Source of the DNA: an uncultured Collinsella sp.
Lineage (GTDB): Bacteria; Actinomycetota; Coriobacteriia; Coriobacteriales; Coriobacteriaceae
Length of the DNA: 64,000 bases
Direction: 5' to 3'
Assembly: GCA_959596495.1 (NCBI GenBank)
Contig: CAUFXK010000001.1
Span: 2,672 to 66,671, forward strand
The notes beneath the pieces are model-generated. The model saw only the letters and a program-made list of their open reading frames with translations, searched no databases and was not told where the DNA came from. Position 1 is the first letter of the stretch. Each line of letters opens with the position of its first letter. The position numbers were made by a program, and so were the translations under genes. Of this stretch, positions 8,567 through 16,639 are shown piece after piece.

Positions 8567-9226
8567 TTAGGGCTCCCAGGGGCAGGGGGCTTCGATGTGG
8601 ATGTGCTCACCGGTTACGGGATGCGTGAAGGACACGCTGTGGGCGTGGAGCATCAGGCCGCAGGGACGCGGCGTGCCGTACAGGTTGTCGCCTACCAGGG
8701 GATGACGCTCGCTCGCCAGATGCACACGGATTTGGTGCTTGCGGCCGGTGAGCAGCTCGACATCGATATACGAGCGCGTGGGCAGGCCACGACGGCTCTT
8801 AAGACGCTTGAGTACCTTCACGCGCGTTTGAGACGGCTTGCCGCTGGCGCCGACGCGCATCTTTCGACTGTCGTGTCGGTCGCGGGCGATGGGCTTGTCG
8901 ATGAGCTTTTCGTTCCAGTCGATCTTGCCCTCGGCGAGCGCCAGGTAGTGCTTTTCGAACGCGTGGTCGATGACCATCTGGTCAAAGGCGGGCTGCGTCT
9001 GCTTGTCGAGCGAGAACAGCACCACGCCGGTGGTGTCGCGGTCCAGGCGGTTGAGCGGCTGCATGTCGGTCGCGGCAAAGCCGTCGCCCATCGCCAGCAG
9101 CAAGTCGCTGGCGTAGTCGGTAAGTGTGCGCTCACCGGTGCCGTCGCCGTGGACGATCATGCCGGCGGGCTTGTCGATGGCCATGAGCCAGGCGTCGCAG
9201 TAGAGGACTTGAGGTTCTTCGTTCAC
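8567..9226 (-). CDS. RluA-family pseudouridine synthase
   Basis: 219 aa. 'AIDKPAGMIVH', 'LNRLDRDTTGVVLF' (catalytic Asp motif) and 'GRKHQIRVHLA' are canonical RluA-family motifs. Confidence 0.85.
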   Translation of the reverse strand: MNEEPQVLYCDAWLMAIDKPAGMIVHGDGTGERTLTDYASDLLLAMGDGFAATDMQPLNRLDRDTTGVVLFSLDKQTQPAFDQMVIDHAFEKHYLALAEGKIDWNEKLIDKPIARDRHDSRKMRVGASGKPSQTRVKVLKRLKSRRGLPTRSYIDVELLTGRKHQIRVHLASERHPLVGDNLYGTPRPCGLMLHAHSVSFTHPVTGEHIHIEAPCPWEP

Positions 9227-9241
9227 GTGTAAGCCTTTCGG

Positions 9242-11737
9242 TTAGCTAATTCCCACAAACATGCAGCCCGAGGTCGCGCCGCGCAGACGAGCGGCCGGCT
9301 TGCGGCCGGCTTGCGCGGCCTCGACGGCGCGACGGACGCGTGCGACAGCGCGGCCCACCTCATCCGTCTCGAACAGTGTGCCGTCCACCATGAGACGACG
9401 GACGCCGGCGTCGAGCAGCTGTGGTACCTGCGGTGTGAGGTCGATGGGGTAGGCATCGTACAGGCGTGAGCGGCCGTGGATGTCGGTACGCACCGGCATG
9501 ACCTTGCCATCGGTATTCTTGAGCGACAGCTTGCGGGCGCGCAGACGGCAGTTGGCACAATCGTGGATGCAGCCGTTGGCAACCTGCAGAATGCAATGCT
9601 CGCTTGTCATGACGCGCGGGCGGCCAAAGACGGTGATGCCCAGCGCCGCGGGCGCGGCGGCGCCGAGCGAGACAATCTCGTCGAGCGTGATCTCGGGCGA
9701 GAGCCAAAACGCACCGGCTCCGCGCTCGGCAAGCGCCTCCATGCAGGGTGTGTTGTGAACCGGCAGGCAAGAGCGAATCTCGGCCGTGGCGCCAACCTGG
9801 GCGGCCAGGGCAAGCTCGGAGATATTGCCGACGGCGACGGTGGCTCCGGCATTGATCCAGGGATCGACGCGCTCGTGGTCAACGGTGCGGCAGACCTCGT
9901 CGAGTACGGGCACGATACCCTGCTCAAATGCATCGGCAGGGGAGAGTCCGACAGCCTTGAGCGCATCGGTGGTCATGTAGATGCGCGCGGCGCCCTCGGC
10001 GCGAGCTGCCTCGGCGGCCTCGAGCGAGGTGACGGTGGCGCAGATCTGCGGCTCGTCGCGGTAGTGCTCGGGCGCGGGGCGGGAATCACTGGTGACAATC
10101 GCCGGCAACTCGAGCGTTTTCGCGCGCTCCTCGTACGGCGCAAGAATGGCCTCCTCCAGCGCTTTGCAGGCGGCGGTGCGCACCTTGTGCACGGCGGAGA
10201 AGCCCATACCGCAGCCGGCGTCGAGCGAAACGTCAAAGCTCGCTGCCTCAAAGGGCGAGGAGCCCATGCGGCCCACATGCTCAACCAGGTCTGCCGCCTC
10301 GACGGCGCGGGTCTTGGCGGCCTCGACGGTGAAGCCCGTGGCGGCGGCGGTGAGCGCGGGGTTGTCACAGCAGGTGAGTGTGACAGCAAACGGCTCGCCC
10401 AGGCGCGCCACGACGGACACATCAACAGCTCGGCGGCGCAGCACATCGCGCTTGAGCGCGGCGCCGGCGGCGTCGATGGCACGCTGACTGCGAATCACGC
10501 GGACGCGGCAGCCCTCGGGCATGCTGCGGGGCACGCGACATTCGATGATGTCGCCCGCGGCGGCATCATCGGCGGCAATGGTGGTCAGGAACTGGTCAAA
10601 CTCGTTATCGTGGCGAAGCTCCAGCAGGTCGCCCTTGCCCACGGGCTCAAACAACTCAATGCGGGCGATGGCGGCGCGGCGACGGCGGTCGTCGGGCTTG
10701 AGGCCGCGTACATCGCGGTTGGCCGGGCGGCTGCCCAGCACCGTGCCCACGATCTGGCCGCGGTTGTTGGAACGCTCATAGCTCATCATCTCGTCGCCCG
10801 AGGTGCCGTCCTGATAAGCGTGCGTAAAGTCGCGGTTGAAGCAGCGCTTGAGCTGGCGCTGACGGGCGGCTTCCTCGTCCTTGGCAACGGCGGCTCCGGA
10901 TAGCATGTCGTCAATTTCGTGACGATACACATCAACGATGGAGTACACGTAATCGGGCGCCTTCATGCGGCCCTCGAGTTTGAGCGACGCGGCGCCGGCG
11001 TCATACAGACGGCGAACAAGCTGTGAGGTGTTAGTGTCACGCGGGCATAACGCACGCTCGCGGCCGGCGGGGGAGAGCGCGCGACCGTTCTCGTCGATCA
11101 GCTCGTAGGGCAGGCGGCAGGGCTGGGCGCACATGCCACGGTTGGCCGATCGTCCCGCCATGGCAAAGCTCGAAAGCAGGCACAGGCCCGAGTAGCAAAA
11201 GCAGATGGCGCCGTGGCTAAAGACCTCGAGGTCCACATCGGGCGCGGCATCGTGAATGGTGGCAATTTCGTCGATGGAAAGCTCGCGCGAGAGAGTCACG
11301 CGGTCGGCGCCCTGCTCGCGGCACCAAAGGGTTCCGCGGTCGTCGTGGATGTTTGCTTGGGTTGAGATGTGCGTCTCGATGCCGGGCATCGTGCGCTTGA
11401 CCTCAAAGAACAGGCCCCAGTCCTGGATGATAAAGGCGTCGGCGCCCAACGTGGAGCAGCGGTGGATGAGTTGCAAGGCATCGCCCATCTCGGATTCCTT
11501 GATGACGATGTTGACCGTGACGTAGACGCGCGAGCCGGCCAGATGCGCGGCGCGGCAGGCCTGCTCAAAGGCCTCGTCGGTAAAGTTGGTGGCCTTGCGG
11601 CGGGCGTTGAAGCTGCCCATGCCGCAGTAGATGGCGTCTGCCCCGGCGGCGAGCGCGGCGGCAAAGGGCTCCGGGCCTCCGGCGGGCGCCAAAAGCTCGG
11701 GTCTGCGGTTGGTGGTTCGACTGGCGGTTGCGGTCAT
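9242..11737 (-). CDS. Peptidase U32-family protein (long, multi-domain form)
   Basis: 831 aa. N-terminal 'ELLAPAGGPEPFAAALAAGADAIYCG...FNARR' TIM-barrel opening and 'CFCYSGLCLLSS...RSANRGMCAQPCR' Cys motif typical of U32. The U32-like module is duplicated in the C-terminal half. Confidence 0.8.
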   Translation of the reverse strand: MTATASRTTNRRPELLAPAGGPEPFAAALAAGADAIYCGMGSFNARRKATNFTDEAFEQACRAAHLAGSRVYVTVNIVIKESEMGDALQLIHRCSTLGADAFIIQDWGLFFEVKRTMPGIETHISTQANIHDDRGTLWCREQGADRVTLSRELSIDEIATIHDAAPDVDLEVFSHGAICFCYSGLCLLSSFAMAGRSANRGMCAQPCRLPYELIDENGRALSPAGRERALCPRDTNTSQLVRRLYDAGAASLKLEGRMKAPDYVYSIVDVYRHEIDDMLSGAAVAKDEEAARQRQLKRCFNRDFTHAYQDGTSGDEMMSYERSNNRGQIVGTVLGSRPANRDVRGLKPDDRRRRAAIARIELFEPVGKGDLLELRHDNEFDQFLTTIAADDAAAGDIIECRVPRSMPEGCRVRVIRSQRAIDAAGAALKRDVLRRRAVDVSVVARLGEPFAVTLTCCDNPALTAAATGFTVEAAKTRAVEAADLVEHVGRMGSSPFEAASFDVSLDAGCGMGFSAVHKVRTAACKALEEAILAPYEERAKTLELPAIVTSDSRPAPEHYRDEPQICATVTSLEAAEAARAEGAARIYMTTDALKAVGLSPADAFEQGIVPVLDEVCRTVDHERVDPWINAGATVAVGNISELALAAQVGATAEIRSCLPVHNTPCMEALAERGAGAFWLSPEITLDEIVSLGAAAPAALGITVFGRPRVMTSEHCILQVANGCIHDCANCRLRARKLSLKNTDGKVMPVRTDIHGRSRLYDAYPIDLTPQVPQLLDAGVRRLMVDGTLFETDEVGRAVARVRRAVEAAQAGRKPAARLRGATSGCMFVGIS

Positions 11738-12035
11738 ATCCTGCCTTTCAAAATGCTCAGATACTCAAAAGTATAGTGGTGCCGTCGCGGCAGGCGATGC
11801 CCGTGCTCTAAGCGGGATAAAGTCTTCAGCAGCTTGGACTGGCTGCTTCACATGAGAACCGTTCAGCGGTCCGGGGAAACCGTTGGACGATAAAATATTC
11901 TCGCAACGTGATAATAATCTTGCATCGCGCGGAAACCTTGAGTACTATCCCAATCAAGCGCGGTGTTCAGACCGAACTGTGCCTCCCGGTGTGAACGCCG
12001 CGCTCCCGTTCCCTTTTACTTGTAAGGAGAAAAAC

Positions 12036-12413
12036 ATGAGCAAGACCGTCGTGTCTTCCGATAACGCACCCGCAGCCATCGGCCCGTATTCCCCCGGTAT
12101 CCAGACTGGCAACATGGTGTTCCTGTCCGGCCAGCTGGGCATCGACCCCGCAACCGGTAAGATGCCCGAGGGCGGCGAGGCCCAGGCCAAGCAGTCCCTT
12201 GCTAACGTCGAGGCCCTGCTGACCGCTGCCGGCGCCACGTTTGCCGATGTCGTCAAGACCACGGTCTACCTGGCCGACATCGCCGACTTTGCCGCCGTGA
12301 ACGAGATTTACGCCTCCAAGTTCGAGGCTCCGTTCCCCGCGCGCAGCGCTTTCCAGGTTGCCGCCCTTCCGGCTGGCGGTCTGGTCGAGATCGAGGTTGT
12401 CGCCGCTCTCTAA
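12036..12413 (+). CDS. ridA: RidA (YjgF/Endoribonuclease L-PSP family) reactive-intermediate deaminase
   Basis: ATG 12036 lies 5 nt after AAGGAGA; the rest of ORF 11883..12413 is leader. 'APAAIGPYSPGIQTGNMVFLSGQLG...KTTVYLADIADFAAVNEIY...PARSAFQVAALPAGGLVEIE' is canonical RidA. Confidence 0.9.
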   Translation: MSKTVVSSDNAPAAIGPYSPGIQTGNMVFLSGQLGIDPATGKMPEGGEAQAKQSLANVEALLTAAGATFADVVKTTVYLADIADFAAVNEIYASKFEAPFPARSAFQVAALPAGGLVEIEVVAAL

Positions 12414-12444
12414 GGTGTTGGTAACAACTAAACATGACATGCAA

Positions 12445-12482
12445 AAAGACCCTGCAGCGCGTGCGAGCTGCAGGGTCTTTTG
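12445..12482. terminator. Bidirectional stem-loop terminator between convergent ridA and the YheO-like gene
   Basis: Perfect 14-bp stem AAAGACCCTGCAGC / GCTGCAGGGTCTTT, 8-nt loop, A-run on one side and T-run on the other. Confidence 0.75.
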
Positions 12483-12535
12483 TCAAGCGATGCGACAAAA
12501 ATGATCCGTTTCCCTTCGTCCCCAAGGGATCACGT

Positions 12536-13243
12536 TTAGCCCTCCTTGCGGACTTTTTGCAGGTAGCGGTACACGCTGGGCTCCGAGATGCCCAACGCGG
12601 TGGCAGCGCAGGCCACGGCGCCCTTGAGCATGAACACCCCGTTGCCGTTGAGGTGGCGAATGACGTCCACGCGGTCGCTCTGACCAAGCGACGCTACATC
12701 CAGCCCGCGCGCGCTCAGCAACTCGGCAATGCTGCGGTCGATGAGCTCCTGGGTGGACTCCGAAAGGCTTTCGACCTCGATAGGGGCGGGCTCCGTGCGC
12801 GTCGGCGCTGCGTCGAAGCACGCCATGAGCTGCTGCGCCATGGCGTTGATGGAGCGTACGGTCGAGAGGTCGGTGTTGACGCAGAGCATACCGACGATCT
12901 CGTCATCCTCGCGGATAAAGAACGTCGCGGACTCCAGCGTCTTGCCTCCGGCGCCGCGGCCCTCGTAGCCCGTAATAAACGGCAGGTCGCGATACTTGGG
13001 GTCGTGCATGATCTTGAGCGCCAGATCGGTGGCGGGACCGCCGACCTTGCGGCCACTCACGATGCCGTTGCGAATATCGACGATGGCGTGGTCGGGATCC
13101 GAGAAATCGTGCAGCACGATCTCGCTGTTCTTACCGAGTATCTGCTCCAGGAAATCGACCATCGGCAAAAAGCGGCGTACGGTCTCGTTCACGGGCAACT
13201 CCTTTGGGTGAAATCGGAAATGTTCATAACAATTTTTTCTCAT
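12536..13243 (-). CDS. YheO-like PAS-domain / HTH transcriptional regulator (copy 1)
   Basis: 'EIVLHDFSDPDHAIVDIRNGIVSGRKVGGP' (YheO-type PAS-like motif) and C-terminal HTH 'ALGISEPSVYRYL'. The start at ATG 13243 (MRKNCYEH...) is chosen over the longer track ORF, so the start is uncertain. Confidence 0.7.
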   Translation of the reverse strand: MRKNCYEHFRFHPKELPVNETVRRFLPMVDFLEQILGKNSEIVLHDFSDPDHAIVDIRNGIVSGRKVGGPATDLALKIMHDPKYRDLPFITGYEGRGAGGKTLESATFFIREDDEIVGMLCVNTDLSTVRSINAMAQQLMACFDAAPTRTEPAPIEVESLSESTQELIDRSIAELLSARGLDVASLGQSDRVDVIRHLNGNGVFMLKGAVACAATALGISEPSVYRYLQKVRKEG

Positions 13244-13544
13244 GGTAACACGCTGCCCATCATCTCGTATATCCGCAGGTACATGACGTAATGCAGACGA
13301 ACGGTATGATTTTGGCGGTAAACGGTTGACCAAAAGAAAAGTTAGATGCTATTTTGACCAGACACTTTCCTGACCTGCGGAAATGCATTATCTCAGCTGA
13401 AGAATAGTCTGATAACAAAAAATTATTATTGAGAATGAGAATCATCTTTAATACGATATGCAACGAAGGCACAACCTCAACCCCGCACTGCGTCACAATA
13501 GAGCGTTAGATGCGAAAACAACTATTTCGAGGATTGGTGGTCAA

Positions 13545-14939
13545 ATGACCCAGGAGACGGTTACGAACGGCACTGAAGCCCTGTTCACTCGTGAAGGCAT
13601 GCCTCCCGTTAAGGAAATGATCCCGTGTGCCCTTCAGCACGTACTGGCATCGTTTGCCGGCATCATCACCCCGGCTGTCATCATGGCCGGCGTCTACGGC
13701 TTTAATAGCCAGCAGAGCACCGACATCATCCAGGTCGCGCTCATTCTTTCGGCGATCGACACGGCCCTTCAGGCCTTTGCCCCCTTCCGTCGCATCGGCG
13801 GCGGCCTGCCCATCGTCATGGGCGTTTCGTTCGCGTTCCTGCCGGCTCTGCAGGCCATGGGCGCCTCGGGCTTTAGCTTTGGCGCACTGTTGGGCGGCGA
13901 GATTGTCGGCGGTGCCGTCGCGGTCCTCTTTGGTCTGGCCTACAGCAAGATTAAGTGGCTGTTCCCACCCGTCGTGACCGGTACGGTCATCTTCTCCATT
14001 GGCGTCTCTCTCTATCCCACGGCCGTCAAGTATATGGCCGGCGGTATGGGTACGCCACTGTGGGGCACCCCGCAGGCCTGGTGCGTCGCTCTTATCACCT
14101 TCGCCGTGGTCTTTGCGCTCGCCAACTTTGGCAAGGGCACGCTCAAGCTGGGATCCGTGTTCTTTGGCATGATCGTTGGCATGATCGTCTCCATCCCCTT
14201 TGGCATGATCGACTTCTCAAGCGTCGCCACCGCTCAGGTCTTCGCCCTTCCCAAGCTCATGCCCTATGCGCTCGAGTTTGATCCCGAGGTCTGCATTACC
14301 CTCGCCGTCGTGTTCCCCATGGTTGCCATCCAGGTTATCGGCGACGTCTCCGCCGCCTGCCTGGGCTCCATCGACCGTATGCCCACCGAGCGCGAGCTCT
14401 CCGGCGCTATCGTGTCCCAGGGCCTCACCTCTATGGTCGGCGGCCTGCTGGGCGGTCTTCCCACCAGCGCCCTTGGCCAGAACGTGGGCATCATCTGCTC
14501 CAACAAGGTCGTCAACAAGTGGGTCTTTGTGATCATCGCGGCCGTCTTTGCCATCGCCGGTCTGTTCCCGCAGCTCTCTGCCGTCCTTTCCGCTATCCCG
14601 CAGCCCGTCATCGGCGGCGCGACCGTCGGCGTCTTTGGCACCATCACCATGAACGGCGTGCGCATGTTCACCCGCGAGGGCCTCACGCAGCGCACTACCA
14701 CCATCGTCGGTACCTCCGTCGTCTTTGGCCTGGGTATCTGGATGGCCAGCGGTTGCCTTGCCGGCGAGGGTATGCCCGCTTGGGTATCCACCGTCATCGG
14801 CTCCAATGCCGTGACCCCCACCGCCATTATGGCCATTGTCCTTAACCTGATCCTTCCGCAGACGCCGGTCGTGGCTCAGCACATCGATGCTGCCAAGGAC
14901 GCTGCCGTGGATCTGGTCTTGCCCGAGAGTAAGAAGTAA
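13545..14939 (+). CDS. NCS2-family nucleobase:cation symporter (xanthine/uric-acid permease type)
   Basis: ATG 13545 (MTQETV...). About 12-14 TM helices. 'QHVLASFAGIITPAVIM' and 'LGQNVGIICSNKV' match NCS2 signature regions. Confidence 0.85.
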   Translation: MTQETVTNGTEALFTREGMPPVKEMIPCALQHVLASFAGIITPAVIMAGVYGFNSQQSTDIIQVALILSAIDTALQAFAPFRRIGGGLPIVMGVSFAFLPALQAMGASGFSFGALLGGEIVGGAVAVLFGLAYSKIKWLFPPVVTGTVIFSIGVSLYPTAVKYMAGGMGTPLWGTPQAWCVALITFAVVFALANFGKGTLKLGSVFFGMIVGMIVSIPFGMIDFSSVATAQVFALPKLMPYALEFDPEVCITLAVVFPMVAIQVIGDVSAACLGSIDRMPTERELSGAIVSQGLTSMVGGLLGGLPTSALGQNVGIICSNKVVNKWVFVIIAAVFAIAGLFPQLSAVLSAIPQPVIGGATVGVFGTITMNGVRMFTREGLTQRTTTIVGTSVVFGLGIWMASGCLAGEGMPAWVSTVIGSNAVTPTAIMAIVLNLILPQTPVVAQHIDAAKDAAVDLVLPESKK

Positions 14940-15134
14940 CCAATTCGGTGCTATTCGTCGGCGGGCGCATCGCCTCGTCCGCCGACGTCATGCGGCGCCA
15001 AGCCGCACTTCAAAGGGTTTGTCCCTTTGGTGAAGCGTTGACGGGAGAGGGCCCGTTTCCGGTGTAGGCCGGCGCTTCGCACTCCGCCATGTCAGAGGTG
15101 TCAAACCCCGCCCCTGATGTTGAAGGGAGCATTC

Positions 15135-16490
15135 ATGCTTCTGGTCGCTAACGGTTCCGTTTTTACCCGCAACGCTCAGACCCCGTTCATTCCCAACGGC
15201 GCGGTCGCCATTGACGGAGATACGATCGTCGAAGTAGGTCCCGAGTGCGAGCTCAAGGCCAAGTACCCGGATGCCGAGTACGTCGACGCCCAGGGCAACC
15301 TCATCATGCCCGGACTCATCAATTGCCACACCCACATCTACTCGGGTCTGGCCCGCGGCCTTGCCATTAAAGGCTGCAACCCCACCAACTTCCTGGAGAA
15401 TCTTGAGCAGCAGTGGTGGAAGATCGATGACAACCTGACGCTCGACGGCACCAAGGCCAGCGCCTATGCCACGATTCTTGACTCCATCCGCGATGGCGTC
15501 ACCACGATCTTCGATCATCATGCGAGCTCCTGCGAAATCCCGGGAAGCCTCTTTACCATTAAGGATGCAGCTCAGGAGCTGGGCATGCGTTCGTGCCTGT
15601 GCTACGAGGTCTCCGATCGCCGCGGCCAGGAAAAATGCGACCAGGCCATTGCCGAGAACGCCGAGTTTGCCCAGTGGGCCGCCAAGGAGCGTCGCGATAA
15701 CGACAACCACATGATCGCCGCCATGTTTGGCGGTCACGCCACCTTTACGCTGTCGGACGAGACCATGGATAAGATGGCCGAGGCCAACAACGGCCTGACC
15801 GGCTTCCACATCCATGTGTGCGAGGGCATGAATGACGTGTGGGACTCCCGCCTCAACCGCGGTGGCATCAGCCCCGTCGAGCGCCTGCTGCAGCACAACC
15901 TGCTGGGTCCCGACACCATGCTCGGCCACTGCATCCACGTGACGCCCGCCGAGATGGACATCGTCAAGGAGTCCGGCACCTGGCTCGTCAACAACCCCGA
16001 ATCCAATATGGGCAACGCCGTGGGCTGCGCCCCCGTGCTCGAGTTCTTCCGCCGCGGCATCCCCGTGTGCATGGGCACCGACGCCTACACCCACGACATG
16101 CTCGAGAGCCTCAAGGTCTTCCTGATCATTCAGCGCCACAACGCCGCCATGCCCAACGTGGGCTGGTGCGAGGCCATGACGATGCTGTTCGAGAACAACG
16201 CCAAGATGGCGAGCAAGTACTTCGATCGCAAGCTCGGCGTGCTCGAGGCCGGCGCTGCCGCCGACGTCATCGTCATGGACTACAAGCCCTTTACGCCGCT
16301 GAGCGAGGAGAACATCGACGGCCACATGCTCTTTGGCATGATGGGCAAAAACTGCCGCACTACCATCATCAACGGCCGCGTCCTGTACAAGGATCGCGAG
16401 TTCGTTGGCATTGATGAGGACAAGATCAACGCGTGGACCATGGCCGAGTCCAAGAAGCTCTGGAGCACGCTCAACGGTCGCACCTACTAA
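15135..16490 (+). CDS. ssnA: SsnA-type amidohydrolase (putative aminohydrolase of the purine cluster)
   Basis: ATG 15135 lies after AAGGGAG. 'MLLVANG...IVEVG...YPDAEYVDAQGNLIMPGLINCHTHIYSGLARG' aligns with the N-terminus and HxH metal motif of E. coli SsnA. Confidence 0.8.
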   Translation: MLLVANGSVFTRNAQTPFIPNGAVAIDGDTIVEVGPECELKAKYPDAEYVDAQGNLIMPGLINCHTHIYSGLARGLAIKGCNPTNFLENLEQQWWKIDDNLTLDGTKASAYATILDSIRDGVTTIFDHHASSCEIPGSLFTIKDAAQELGMRSCLCYEVSDRRGQEKCDQAIAENAEFAQWAAKERRDNDNHMIAAMFGGHATFTLSDETMDKMAEANNGLTGFHIHVCEGMNDVWDSRLNRGGISPVERLLQHNLLGPDTMLGHCIHVTPAEMDIVKESGTWLVNNPESNMGNAVGCAPVLEFFRRGIPVCMGTDAYTHDMLESLKVFLIIQRHNAAMPNVGWCEAMTMLFENNAKMASKYFDRKLGVLEAGAAADVIVMDYKPFTPLSEENIDGHMLFGMMGKNCRTTIINGRVLYKDREFVGIDEDKINAWTMAESKKLWSTLNGRTY

Positions 16491-16639
16491 TTAACAAGTA
16501 GATTCGCGCACGTCGGATGTTTCGCCGCATTCGACGCGTGCATAGGCGGCCTCCGCGGGGTCGCCGGCGCTGTGCTAGCGCTACGCCGTATTTGCGCCCG
16601 TCGCGCGGTCTCGCCGGGCGTTACAGAGAGGAGCTCATT

